64,000 nucleotides of DNA, from the NCBI RefSeq assembly GCF_947495735.1, contig NZ_CANMAA010000014.1, forward strand, positions 18,164 to 82,163. Reading direction: 5' to 3'. Positions 1-9,190 of this stretch are shown here, piece by piece. Under the pieces are notes generated by a model. It had not been told where the DNA came from and made no database searches. It was given only the letters and a program-made list of their open reading frames with translations. A program made the position numbers and the translations under genes. Position 1 is the stretch's first letter, and each line of letters starts with the position of its first letter. The DNA is from an uncultured Pseudokineococcus sp. (GTDB lineage Bacteria; Actinomycetota; Actinomycetes; Actinomycetales; Quadrisphaeraceae).

Positions 1-151
1 CCTCGCGGTGGGCGGCGCGCCCGTCGGGTCGCCCGAGCGCCCAGCGGACGTCGAGCACCACCGGGGGCGCGTCCCCGGCCAGCAGCGCAGCCAGCGCGAC
101 GGGCTCGACGAGGTGGGCGGCGCGCACGGCGTCGGAGGGCGTCAGGTCCAC
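1..151 (-). CDS. rhodanese-like sulfurtransferase, N-terminal fragment (gene continues past the left edge)
   Basis: Minus-strand translation VDLTPSDAVRAAHLVEPVALAALLAGDAPPVVLDVRWALGRPDGRAAHRE looks like the usual N-terminus of actinobacterial thiosulfate/3-mercaptopyruvate sulfurtransferases. The GTG at 151 is preceded by TACGGT plus 6 nt. It is absent from the ORF track because it is truncated. Confidence 0.4.
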   Translation of the reverse strand, partial: MDLTPSDAVRAAHLVEPVALAALLAGDAPPVVLDVRWALGRPDGRAAHRE

Positions 152-252
152 GGGGCGACCGTACGGCGGTGCCGGCAGCAGGCGGGCCGCCCGAGGACGG
201 CCCCCAGCGAGTCGTGGCGCCACCACTTCGGCCGTCGAAGAGCGACGGACGG

Positions 253-2112
253 TCAGCGCGGGGCGAGCGGCATCTCGTCGAAGAGCACGACCGGGCCGTC
301 GGGCTCGCGGGTGTCGAAGCGGTAGGAGCGCACCACGCCGTCCGCCGAGTCGAGCACCGAGAAGGCGGTGATGTCGTTGCTCGACACGTACGGCAGCGGC
401 GAGCCGTCCGGCCCCGCCAGCGGCGCCACGGTCGGGACCACGGGCTCCAGGCCCCCCGGGTCGCCCTGGAGCACGTGGTCCTCGTCCGGCGGCAGCGCCC
501 GCGAGCGCCCCGAGCTCTCGTCGTAGGCGCCGTAGGAGTTGCCGACGTTCGAGGTCTCCAGCCAGTTGGTGCCGGTGGGGCCGACGAAGCGGTTCCACAG
601 GTGGCTGTGCCCGTTGTGCACGAGGTGGACGTCGTGGGCGGAGAACAGCGGCTCGAGGTCGCGCAGGACGTGGTCGTCCTCGAGCGGGTAGTCGTAGGTG
701 ACCGCCGTGACGGCGCCGTCGGCGTCGCGCTCGACGCGCTGCACCGGGTCGGTGAACGGCGGGGCGCTGTTGTCCCCCAGGCCGTGCGCCGGGTGGTGGT
801 ACATGACGACGCGGTAGCGGGCCCGGCGCGCCGCCGGAGAGGCGAGCTCGGCCTCGAGCCACCGGTACTGCTCGGAGCCCCGGTCCACGCGCTCGAAGAT
901 GTGCTGCCCGTAGCCCCACTCCAGCGGGTCGCCGAGGTCGTCCGCCGCCTCGGAGAAGGTGCCGCGGACGTTCGGCGCCGTGCTCTTGGAGCGCCAGATC
1001 TGCGTGGCGAACAGCGCGACGACGAAGACGTCGCCGATCGTGCGCGACCACCAGCGCGGGCCGCCGCTGCGGCTGGCGGGCACGGGGAAGAGCTCCTCGT
1101 AGGTGGTGGTGCTCCAGGAGTGGTCCTCGAGCCACTGCTCGCGCTCGCCGCTGCCCTCCCCCGCGGCCCAGCGCTGCTCGGCGACCCAGCGCGGGTGCGG
1201 GTCGTTGAACTGCCCGCCGAGCGTGGGCTCGCGGTCGCGGCCCATCACCTCGTGGTTGCCGATCGCGGGGTACAGCGGCGCGTGCTGCACGAGGGGCGCG
1301 CCGGTGTACGTGCGCCCGGCGATCTCCTGGTGCCCCCGACCGGTGAGGCCGGCGAAGAACGCCAGGCCGCTCGCGTCGTCGAACCACTCGCTCGCGCGGT
1401 CGGGCACGTTGACGAGGTCGCCCGCCACCATCACGCCGTCGAGCTCGACGCCCACGGTCTCGGCGACCTTCTCCAGGTTCGCGGGCGTCATCGTCTTGAG
1501 CTGGTGGTCGCTCGTCAGGAGCAGCCGCACGGCGCCGGAGCGGCGGATCGGGGCGAGGGTGTGCAGGTCGCCGACCGTGGCGCGGCCGTCGGGCAGCACC
1601 GAGACGACCCGGTAGGGGGTGCGGCGGTCGGTCGGCAGCCGCCCGGGGACCCGCGCCTCGTGCTGGACGACGAGGCGGCGCGCCATCGCCTCCCACTGGC
1701 GACCGGGGACGCGCGAGGCGGCGTCCTCCCGGGTGCGCGACAGGGTGCTCGTCGTGGCGCGCACGCGCTGCCACCCGCGGCCCAGCGAGCGCGCGCCCAC
1801 GGCGGCCGCCGCGACCTCCTCCAGCGGCAGGTCCGCCAGCGCCTCGCCGAGGACGACGGCGGAGGCGGCGACGTCCTCCTCGGTGTGCCAGAGCACGGCC
1901 GGCCCCGCAGCGCCCGCGTCGAGGAGGTAGGGCCCGCCGAGCAGCGGCGGGCCGTCGAGGGTGAGCGGCCCGCGCAGCGCCGGCCGCACCCGGGGCGCTG
2001 CGGCCGCCGGGGCCGACCCGGCGGCGACGGCGGCGACCCCGGTGGCCGCGCTGCCGATCACGGTGCGCCGGCTGGGCCGGCGGTCGGGGGACGTCGGGCG
2101 CGCGGGCTCCAT
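253..2112 (-). CDS. secreted calcineurin-like metallophosphoesterase (Tat signal)
   Basis: Supplied ORF. N-terminal twin-arginine-type signal (SRRTVIGSAATGVAAVAAGSAPAAAAP). Metallophosphoesterase motifs LTSDHQ, AGDLVN, GNHE, MYHHP, NGHSH. Confidence 0.8.
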   Translation of the reverse strand: MEPARPTSPDRRPSRRTVIGSAATGVAAVAAGSAPAAAAPRVRPALRGPLTLDGPPLLGGPYLLDAGAAGPAVLWHTEEDVAASAVVLGEALADLPLEEVAAAAVGARSLGRGWQRVRATTSTLSRTREDAASRVPGRQWEAMARRLVVQHEARVPGRLPTDRRTPYRVVSVLPDGRATVGDLHTLAPIRRSGAVRLLLTSDHQLKTMTPANLEKVAETVGVELDGVMVAGDLVNVPDRASEWFDDASGLAFFAGLTGRGHQEIAGRTYTGAPLVQHAPLYPAIGNHEVMGRDREPTLGGQFNDPHPRWVAEQRWAAGEGSGEREQWLEDHSWSTTTYEELFPVPASRSGGPRWWSRTIGDVFVVALFATQIWRSKSTAPNVRGTFSEAADDLGDPLEWGYGQHIFERVDRGSEQYRWLEAELASPAARRARYRVVMYHHPAHGLGDNSAPPFTDPVQRVERDADGAVTAVTYDYPLEDDHVLRDLEPLFSAHDVHLVHNGHSHLWNRFVGPTGTNWLETSNVGNSYGAYDESSGRSRALPPDEDHVLQGDPGGLEPVVPTVAPLAGPDGSPLPYVSSNDITAFSVLDSADGVVRSYRFDTREPDGPVVLFDEMPLAPR

Positions 2113-2249
2113 GGCCCCATCACAGCGACGGCGGGCGACGCCACGGCGACGCGGCGGCGACGGCGGCGCGACGAGCCGGCGGCGGGCCGGGGCCGCCCGG
2201 GCCGGTGCCCGCCGCCGGGAGCCCCGGGCCCCCGCGCCAGGATGGGCCC

Positions 2250-3227
2250 GTGCAGACGTTCCTCCCCTACGCCAGCTTCGCCCGCAGCGCGCAGGTGCTC
2301 GACTCCCCCCGGCTGGGCAAGCAGCGGGTGGAGACGCTCCAGATCCTGCGGGCGCTCGAGCTGCCCGACTACGGCTGGGCCAACCACCCGGCCGTGCTCA
2401 TGTGGCGCGGCTGCACCCCCGCCCTCGTGAGCTACGGGCTCGCGTGCGTCGACGCCTGGCGCGAGCGCGGGCACGCCGACGGCACGGCCGACCTCATCGG
2501 CGAGTTCGCCCCGGACGTCGTAGGGCGCCCGCAGGAGGAGCTGGCCGCCGCCGGCCTGCTGCCGCGCTGGCTGGGTGACGAGGCGGTGCACCGGAGCCAC
2601 CGCTCCGCGCTGCTGCGCAAGGACCCCGACGCCTACCGCCCCGCCTTCGGCGACGAGCCCGACGACCTGCCGTACGCCTGGCCGGAGCCGCCGCCCTTCG
2701 GTCCCCCAGCGCCGGCGCGCGGGCGTCCGCTGTGGGTGGTGCGGCCCGGCGACGCCGAGACGCTCGCCGCCTTCCTGACCGACGGGATCATCGGCCTGTC
2801 GACGAGCTCGGGCGTCGACGCCGACGTCGTCGAGGGCCTCGCCGAGACCCGGCGCGCCGCCGAGGAGGCCGCGCTCGCCCGGGCGGCCGCCAAGGGCGGT
2901 GACCCGCCCCCTGTCGAGGAGCCGGACCTGCGCGCACTGCTCAAGCGCCTGCACCCCGAGCGCCGCCCCGGCAAGGAGCTGCGGCAGCTGGAGTCCCTGG
3001 TCCGCGACGTCGCGGTGGGCGACGAGGTGGGCCTGCCCATCGAGGGCGAGCAGGCGCTGCTCGTGGGCGAGGTGGTGGGCGAGTACGCGTTCGTCCCCCG
3101 CCGCGGGGCTCCCGCACCCCACCGCCGAGCCGTCCGCTGGGGCGGTCGCCTCCCCCGGGGGGCGGCCCTGCCGCCCGCGGCGCTGCAGGACCCGCGGCGG
3201 CTCTTCGGCATCCGCGTCGACGCCTGA
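2250..3227 (+). CDS. T4 endonuclease V-like (Pyr_excise / MSMEG_6728-type) protein fused to an uncharacterised C-terminal domain
   Basis: In-frame GTG at 2250 with AGGA 8 nt upstream. The N-terminal ~165 aa (VQTFLPYASFARSAQVLDSPRLGKQRVETLQILRAL...GWANHPAVLMWRG...HRSALLRKDP..Y) fit the actinobacterial pyrimidine-dimer-glycosylase-like family. The C-terminal ~160 aa is a separate module. Confidence 0.7.
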   Translation: MQTFLPYASFARSAQVLDSPRLGKQRVETLQILRALELPDYGWANHPAVLMWRGCTPALVSYGLACVDAWRERGHADGTADLIGEFAPDVVGRPQEELAAAGLLPRWLGDEAVHRSHRSALLRKDPDAYRPAFGDEPDDLPYAWPEPPPFGPPAPARGRPLWVVRPGDAETLAAFLTDGIIGLSTSSGVDADVVEGLAETRRAAEEAALARAAAKGGDPPPVEEPDLRALLKRLHPERRPGKELRQLESLVRDVAVGDEVGLPIEGEQALLVGEVVGEYAFVPRRGAPAPHRRAVRWGGRLPRGAALPPAALQDPRRLFGIRVDA

Positions 3228-3296
3228 GGCCCTCCACGTCTGAGCGCGTCCGTGCCTGAGCCCGGTGGTGCGCCCGGAGGGCTGCCCGGACCGGGG

Positions 3297-3342
3297 ACGA
3301 CGAAGCGGACCGGACCCCGACGGGGCCGGTCCGCGTCGTCGT
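3297..3342. terminator. bidirectional stem-loop between convergent genes
   Basis: ACGACGAAGCGGACCGG (3297-3313) pairs with CCGGTCCGCGTCGTCGT (3326-3342): 17 bp with 1 mismatch, 12-nt loop. It lies between the stops at 3227 (+) and 3359 (-). No U-tract. Confidence 0.55.
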
Positions 3343-3358
3343 GGTGCGGAGGTGTCGG

Positions 3359-4726
3359 TCAGCGCGCGGGCCCGGGGGCGTCCACGGCCTTCGTGGTGTC
3401 CTCGCCCTCGGAGGCGAGGTGCTCGATCTCCTTCGCGTCGTCGTGGCTCAGCACGGCGCTGCCGTCGCCCTCGCCCTCGTCGGACGTCGGGTGCTCGCCC
3501 AGGACGGACTCGCGGATGTAGCGCAGGATCACCGTGCCCACGGCGGCGATCGGGACGGCCAGGAAGGCGCCGACGATGCCCGCGAGCGTCCCGCCGAGCG
3601 TCACGGCGGCGATGACGACCGCCGGGTGCAGGGCCAGGGCCTTGCCCACGAGGATCGGCTGGAGCACGTTGCTCTCGATCTGCTGGACGAGGAGCACGAG
3701 CGCGACGGTCAGGAGCGCGTCCGTGACGCCGCCCGTGAAGAGCGCGACGAAGGCGGCCAGGGCGCCGGTGGCGACCGCACCGACGATCGGGATGAAGCCA
3801 CCGAAGAAGACGAGCACGGCGAGCGGGAAGGCGAAGGGCACGCCGATGATCAGCAGGCCGATGCCGATGAAGATGGCGTCGACCAGCGCGACGGCCGCCT
3901 GGGACCCGATGTAGCCCCCGAGGGTCCGCCACACCCGGCCCAGCAGCTCGTCGGCGTGGTCGGCGACCTTGCTCCCGCTCCACAGGTGCAGCCACGGGAG
4001 GAACTTGGGCCCGTCCTTGAGGAAGAAGAAGGTCAGGACGAGGACCAGCAGCAGGGTGATCAGGGCAGAGCCGACGCTCGCGAGGCCGGTCAGCAGCCCG
4101 CCGCCCACGGAGCCGGCGATCTGCTGGGCGTTCTGCTGCACGCGCTCGATGCCCTGGTCCACCCAGGTGTTGATCTGGTCGCCGGAGATGCCGAAGACGC
4201 CGCCCTGGAAGGTCCGCTGCACGTCCTCGAAGCCCGCGACGATCTGGTCGGAGAGCCCGGACGCCTGGGAGATGACCCGCGGGATGAGGAAGGAGAAGAT
4301 CCCGACGATGGCGCCCAGGAAGACGATCAGGCTGAGAGCGGCGGCGAGCGCCCCCGGCATGACGCGGCGGAGCAGCCGCGTCGCCGGCCAGAGCACCGTG
4401 GACAGGATCAGCGCCAGGACGACCGGCAGGACGACCGTCCACAGCTGCCCCAGCAGCCAGACGACCCCCACCAGCCCGGCGACGACCACCAGCACCCGCA
4501 GCACCCACAGGGCGATCGCCGTCATGGCGTGCTCGAGCCGGCCGAAGCGGCCCTTGGGGTGCGCCTTGGACGGGCGCATCTCGACGACCGCGTCGACCGC
4601 GTCGTCGTCGCGGGGACGGCCGCCTCCCGCGGGCTGCCTGCGGGGCGCGGGGGACGCGCCCCGGGAGGGGGGCTGCGCGCCCTGCGCGCCGTCAGGGGCG
4701 CCGCGCAGGCGTTGGATCAGGGACAT
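3359..4726 (-). CDS. AI-2E family transporter (PerM/UPF0118)
   Basis: Supplied ORF. Multi-pass hydrophobic protein with family-typical segment FFGGFIPIVGAVATGALAAFVALF. GAGGAGA lies 7 nt upstream of the ATG at 4726. Confidence 0.8.
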   Translation of the reverse strand: MSLIQRLRGAPDGAQGAQPPSRGASPAPRRQPAGGGRPRDDDAVDAVVEMRPSKAHPKGRFGRLEHAMTAIALWVLRVLVVVAGLVGVVWLLGQLWTVVLPVVLALILSTVLWPATRLLRRVMPGALAAALSLIVFLGAIVGIFSFLIPRVISQASGLSDQIVAGFEDVQRTFQGGVFGISGDQINTWVDQGIERVQQNAQQIAGSVGGGLLTGLASVGSALITLLLVLVLTFFFLKDGPKFLPWLHLWSGSKVADHADELLGRVWRTLGGYIGSQAAVALVDAIFIGIGLLIIGVPFAFPLAVLVFFGGFIPIVGAVATGALAAFVALFTGGVTDALLTVALVLLVQQIESNVLQPILVGKALALHPAVVIAAVTLGGTLAGIVGAFLAVPIAAVGTVILRYIRESVLGEHPTSDEGEGDGSAVLSHDDAKEIEHLASEGEDTTKAVDAPGPAR

Positions 4727-4841
4727 CCGGGGGTCTCCTCACCGCAGCGGCCGGTCGCCGGTGCGATGACCCACTCTGGGGCTCCCGGCGGGTCCCGGCG
4801 ACCGCAGGCGCCGGGAGGGGCAGCGGCAGCGGCTGATCTCC

Positions 4842-4847
4842 TACGCT
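4842..4847 (+). promoter_or_regulatory. -10-like hexamer TACGCT, 6 nt before the ATG at 4854 (leaderless-type)
   Basis: Sequence is cTACGCTgcggccATG. There is no Shine-Dalgarno sequence. Confidence 0.4.
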
Positions 4848-4853
4848 GCGGCC

Positions 4854-6695
4854 ATGAGCCCAGCGCAGCCCTCGACCGCCGCGGCACAGGTCTGGTGGTG
4901 GCAGGTCGACCCGCCCTCGAGCCTCGCCGACGTCGTCGTGCGCGCGGCCGAGGAGGAGCCGGACCGCGAGGTCCTGGCCCGCCGGGCCGGGGGCGGCTGG
5001 CAGGGGGTCACCGCCCAGCGCTTCCGCGAGGAGGTGGAGGAGGTCGCCCTCGGGCTCCTCGCCGCGGGCATCGCACCCGGGGACAGGGTCGGGCTGATGG
5101 CGCGCACCCGCTACGAGTGGACGCTCGTCGACGCGGCGGTCTGGGCGGCCGGCGCCGTCGTCGTCCCCGTCTACGAGACGAGCGCGGCCGACCAGCTGCG
5201 CTGGATCCTCGAGGACTCCGGGGCTGTGGCGTGCTTCGTGGAGACGCCGAGCCACGCCAAGACGCTCGCGCAGGTCGCTGGCGACCTCCCCGCGCTGCAG
5301 ACGTCCTGGGTGCTGGACGGCGGCGCGACCGGTGTCCTGCCGACGCTCGGCGACCTCGTGGCGTCGGGGACGGAGGGGGCCGCGCAGGGCCGCGCCGAGC
5401 TCGCGCGCCGCCGGGAGGCGCTCACGCGCGAGGACGTCGCCACGATCATCTACACCTCCGGCACGACGGGGCGCCCGAAGGGCTGCGTGCTCACGCACGG
5501 CAACTTCCTCGTCGAGTGCGGCACCGCGGTCGAGCTCCTGCCCGAGCTCTTCACCGACCCGCGGTCCTCGACCCTGCTGTTCCTGCCGCTGGCGCACGTC
5601 TTCGGCCGCATGATCGAGATCGCGGTGCTCATGGCGCGGGTGCGGGTGGGCCACAGCGACGTCGCCCGCATCACCCGCGACCTGCCGACCTTCCAGCCCA
5701 CCTTCGTCCTCGCCGTGCCGCGGGTCTTCGAGCGGGTCTACGAGACCGCGCGTCGCCGGGCGACGACGGAGGGCAAGGGCGGGATCTTCCAGCGCGCCTC
5801 GGACGTGGCCACCGCCTGGAGCCGGGCGCAGGACACCGGCGGCCCGGGGCTCCTCCTGCGGGCGCAGCACGCCCTGTTCGACCGCCTCGTCTACGGCAAG
5901 CTGCGCGCGGCCCTCGGGGGGAAGGCGGAGTGGGCGGTCTCCGGCGGCGCCCCCCTCGGGGAGCGCCTCGGCCACTTCTACCGCGGGATCGGCCTGACCA
6001 TCCTGGAGGGCTACGGCCTCACGGAGACCACGGCGGCCACCACGGTGAACACCCCCAGCCAGCAGCGGGTGGGCTCCGTCGGCCGGGCCCTGCCCGGGAC
6101 GGACCTGAGGATCTCCGAGGCGGGCGAGGTGCTGGTCCGCGGCGGCCACGTCTTCCGGGAGTACCTGGGCAACGCCGGGGCGACCGCGGAGGCGCTCGAC
6201 GCCGACGGGTGGTTCGCCACCGGTGACCTCGGCTCGGTGGACGCGGACGGCTACCTGACCATCACGGGCCGGTCCAAGGACATCCTCGTGACGTCCTCGG
6301 GCAAGAACGTCTCCCCGGGCCCCCTGGAGGACAGCCTCCGCGCGCACCCGCTGGTGAGCCAGGCGGTCGTCGTCGGCGACGGGCGCAGCAGCATCGGTGC
6401 CCTGGTCACCCTCGACGAGGAGGCGGTCGCCGCCTGGCTGCAGCAGGCGGGCCGGGAGCCCGCGCCCGTGGCCGAGCTGGTCGAGGACCCCGACCTGCTC
6501 GCCGAGCTGCGGCGGGCCGTCGACGCCGCGAACTCGACCGTCTCCTCCGCCGAGGGGATCCGCCGGATCCGCGTGCTGCCGGTGGACCTCACCGAGGAGG
6601 GCGGTCAGCTGACCCCGAGCATGAAGGTCAAGCGCGGCGTCGTCCTCGAGCAGTTCGCCGACGAGCTCGAGGCGCTGTACCGCTCCCGTCGGTAG
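4854..6695 (+). CDS. long-chain fatty acid-CoA ligase (AMP-forming, FadD15-like)
   Basis: Motifs YTSGTTGRPKG, EGYGLTET, GWFATGDLG and PSMKVKR. Confidence 0.9.
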   Translation: MSPAQPSTAAAQVWWWQVDPPSSLADVVVRAAEEEPDREVLARRAGGGWQGVTAQRFREEVEEVALGLLAAGIAPGDRVGLMARTRYEWTLVDAAVWAAGAVVVPVYETSAADQLRWILEDSGAVACFVETPSHAKTLAQVAGDLPALQTSWVLDGGATGVLPTLGDLVASGTEGAAQGRAELARRREALTREDVATIIYTSGTTGRPKGCVLTHGNFLVECGTAVELLPELFTDPRSSTLLFLPLAHVFGRMIEIAVLMARVRVGHSDVARITRDLPTFQPTFVLAVPRVFERVYETARRRATTEGKGGIFQRASDVATAWSRAQDTGGPGLLLRAQHALFDRLVYGKLRAALGGKAEWAVSGGAPLGERLGHFYRGIGLTILEGYGLTETTAATTVNTPSQQRVGSVGRALPGTDLRISEAGEVLVRGGHVFREYLGNAGATAEALDADGWFATGDLGSVDADGYLTITGRSKDILVTSSGKNVSPGPLEDSLRAHPLVSQAVVVGDGRSSIGALVTLDEEAVAAWLQQAGREPAPVAELVEDPDLLAELRRAVDAANSTVSSAEGIRRIRVLPVDLTEEGGQLTPSMKVKRGVVLEQFADELEALYRSRR

Positions 6696-6863
6696 GCCCC
6701 GGCGCCCCTCCCCCGTCGGGCTCCGGACACCCCGCGGACACCGCGCTGCGCTGTGCTGGGCCGGACGGGGGAACCGGAGCGGCCGACGGGTTGCTCCAGT
6801 CCCGGGACGCCGCTGCCGATGCCGGGAGAGGATCGGGGCAGCGGGCGAGACGAGGAGCAGCTG

Positions 6864-8354
6864 GTGGCGGGCAGGGCGAGGACGCGGCGGACGACGACGG
6901 CGACCCCGGGGAGCCGTCCGGTGGGCCGCTCCGGAGGCCCCGGACGCGCGAGGTCCCCGATCGCGGCGCTCACCGCCGCGGCCGGTGCCGCTGCGCTGTG
7001 CGGAGGCCTCGCGCTGCCGGCGGCCGCCAGCACCGCCGTCGCCGCCGAGAGCGCCGCGGCGGCGGCGCCCGCGCCGGCCCCGACGAGCAGCCCGACCGAC
7101 GACGGCCCGACGAGCAGCTCGACCGACGCCCCGACCGAGGCTCCCGCGACCGCCCCGACCGAGGCTCCCGCGGGCGCCGCGCCGGAGGAGCCGGCGGCGG
7201 CGTCCGGGGACGACGCCCCCGACGTCGGCACGCCGCCCACGGCACCGGCGCCCGACCCCGCGCTCGTCGCCGCCTACGAGGCGGCTGTCGCGGCCTCCGC
7301 GGAGGCCTCGGCGCGGCTGGCGGAGGTCTCCGCCCGTGCCGCCGTCGCGCTGGAGGCGCGGGACGCCGCCCGCGCCCGGCACGACGTGGCCGTGGCCGAG
7401 CGGGCGCACCAGGAGGAGCTCGCCGCCACGGCGGCCACGGCGGTGGCCCAGGGCCGCAGCGCCGTCGGACGCTGGGCGAGCTCGGCCTACCGCGGCGGCG
7501 AGGACGCGCGGGGCGGGATGCCCGTGGCCTCCGCGCTGCTGGGCAGCGCCACCACCGACCAGGTCGGGTCCCAGCTCAGCCTGCTGGCGGCGGTGGGCCG
7601 CCAGCGCACCGGCGCCGTCCGCGGGGCCCTGGACGCCGAGCACGTCGCCGCGCAGGCGCTCGCGCGGGCGGCCGCCGCCGAGGAGGAGGCGGTGCTCGCC
7701 CAGCAGCGCGCCGACGTCGAGGCCGCCGCCGCCGAGTCCGCCCTGGCCGAGCAGCGCGAGCTCGCGGCCGCGGTGGACGCCGAGCTCGCCGCCGCGCGCG
7801 AGCAGCTGGGCGTGGCCGTCGACGCAGCCCGGGCGGCGGCCGACCTCGCGGCCGCCGCCGCCGAGGTCGAGCCCGTGGTCGGCGCCGTGGACCTGCCCGC
7901 CGGCGCCGGCGGCTGCGCGTCCAGCGACGTCAGCGGCTACCCGAACGGGCAGATCCCCGTCGCGGCCCTCTGCCCGCTCGAGACCGCAGCGGGCCACCTG
8001 CTGCGGGCCGACGCGGCGCGCTCCTTCGACGCCATGAGCCGCTCCTACGAGGTGACCTTCGGCACGCCCCTGTGCGTCACGGACTCCTACCGCTCGCTGG
8101 CGGGCCAGATCGCGGTGCGCGCGAGCAAGCCGGAGCTGGCCGCCGTGCCCGGCACGAGCCGCCACGGCCTCGGTCGCGCGGTGGACCTGTGCGGCGGTGT
8201 GGAGGACTTCGGCAGCGTCCAGCACGAGTGGGTCGTCCAGCGCGCCCCGCTGTTCGGCTGGTTCCACCCCTCGTGGGCGGACGAGGGCGGCTCCAAGCCC
8301 GAGGCCTGGCACTTCGAGTACGCGGAGTCCGCCGGCGGGTCGGGCGCCGCGTGA
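6864..8354 (+). CDS. M15B (VanY-like) D,D-carboxypeptidase family protein with long coiled-coil N-terminal region
   Basis: The C-terminal domain carries TSRHGLGRAVDL and EAWHFEY. The N-terminal half is Ala/Glu-rich, with a low-complexity PT-rich linker and a signal-like segment IAALTAAAGAAALCGGLALPAAAS. The start is uncertain: GTG 6864 (GAGGAG 6 nt upstream), GTG 6921 (GGGGAG 7 nt upstream), or the ORF-track start at 6753. Confidence 0.7.
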   Translation: MAGRARTRRTTTATPGSRPVGRSGGPGRARSPIAALTAAAGAAALCGGLALPAAASTAVAAESAAAAAPAPAPTSSPTDDGPTSSSTDAPTEAPATAPTEAPAGAAPEEPAAASGDDAPDVGTPPTAPAPDPALVAAYEAAVAASAEASARLAEVSARAAVALEARDAARARHDVAVAERAHQEELAATAATAVAQGRSAVGRWASSAYRGGEDARGGMPVASALLGSATTDQVGSQLSLLAAVGRQRTGAVRGALDAEHVAAQALARAAAAEEEAVLAQQRADVEAAAAESALAEQRELAAAVDAELAAAREQLGVAVDAARAAADLAAAAAEVEPVVGAVDLPAGAGGCASSDVSGYPNGQIPVAALCPLETAAGHLLRADAARSFDAMSRSYEVTFGTPLCVTDSYRSLAGQIAVRASKPELAAVPGTSRHGLGRAVDLCGGVEDFGSVQHEWVVQRAPLFGWFHPSWADEGGSKPEAWHFEYAESAGGSGAA

Positions 8355-9190
8355 CGGCAGGGCCCCCGAGCGCGCCCGTCGGCGCAGCGGGCGACGGGCG
8401 ACCCCGGCCGCTCGCCCTGACGGGCCCGCGGCCGCTGCTCCTGGCGCACCGGGGCTTCTCGCGCGACGGCCTGGAGAACACCCTCGCGGCCTTCGCGGCC
8501 GCGCTGGAGCTGGGCGCCGACGTCCTGGAGACCGACGTGCACACGACGTCCGACGGCGTCCTCGTGGCCTTCCACGACGACCGGCTCGACCGCACGACGG
8601 ACGGCGAGGGCGAGCTCGCGCGCACCCCCTGGTCGGTGGTCTCGCGCGCGCGGATCGGGGGCCGGGAGCCGGTCCCGCGCCTCGCGGAGGTGCTCGAGGC
8701 GTTCCCCGACGCCGTCCTGAACATCGACGTGAAGGCGCCCGGCGCCGTCCGCCCGCTCGTCGCGCTGCTGCGCGGCACCGGTGCGTGGGAGCGCGTCGTC
8801 GTCGCGAGCTTCTCCGAGCGCCGGCGCCGGGCGGTCGTGCGGGCGCTGCCGACCGGCACCGCCACCTCGGCCGGCGCCCCCCTGGTCGCGGCCGTCGTCG
8901 CGGCCGTGCGCGCCCCCGTCCCGGCGACGGCTCGGCGGCGTGCGGTCGCCCGCGCCCTGGCCGGCGTGGACGTGCTCCAGGTGCCCGAGGACGTGGCCAC
9001 CGACGCGTTCGTGCGCGCCGTCCACGAGGCCGGACGGCTGGTCCACGTGTGGACCGTGGACGACGTCCCGACGATGCACCGGCTGCTGGACGCCGGCGTC
9101 GACGGGCTCGTGACCGACCGCACCGACCTGCTCCGGCGCGTGCTGGACGCGCGGGCGGCGGGCCGCCGCGGACCGGTGGCGCCGGCGTGA
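8351..9190 (+). CDS. glycerophosphodiester phosphodiesterase family protein
   Basis: Contains LLAHRGFS..ENTLAAF..ETDVHTTSDGVLVAFHDD. The GTG at 8351 overlaps the upstream stop (GTGA). It is the C-terminal part of ORF 6791..9190. Confidence 0.85.
   Translation: MTAGPPSAPVGAAGDGRPRPLALTGPRPLLLAHRGFSRDGLENTLAAFAAALELGADVLETDVHTTSDGVLVAFHDDRLDRTTDGEGELARTPWSVVSRARIGGREPVPRLAEVLEAFPDAVLNIDVKAPGAVRPLVALLRGTGAWERVVVASFSERRRRAVVRALPTGTATSAGAPLVAAVVAAVRAPVPATARRRAVARALAGVDVLQVPEDVATDAFVRAVHEAGRLVHVWTVDDVPTMHRLLDAGVDGLVTDRTDLLRRVLDARAAGRRGPVAPA

Noticed and set aside
6696-6863. c-di-AMP (ydaO-type) riboswitch upstream of the cell-wall peptidase gene, prompted by GACGGGGGAACC and CCGACGGGTTGCTCC.
   Set aside because: The conserved blocks I remember (GGGGGACCCA ... 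GGGGTGAATC ... ACCCGAAGCCGACAGCTAACCTCG) are not all present, and those that are do not appear in the right order or spacing. An Rfam RF00379 scan would settle it.
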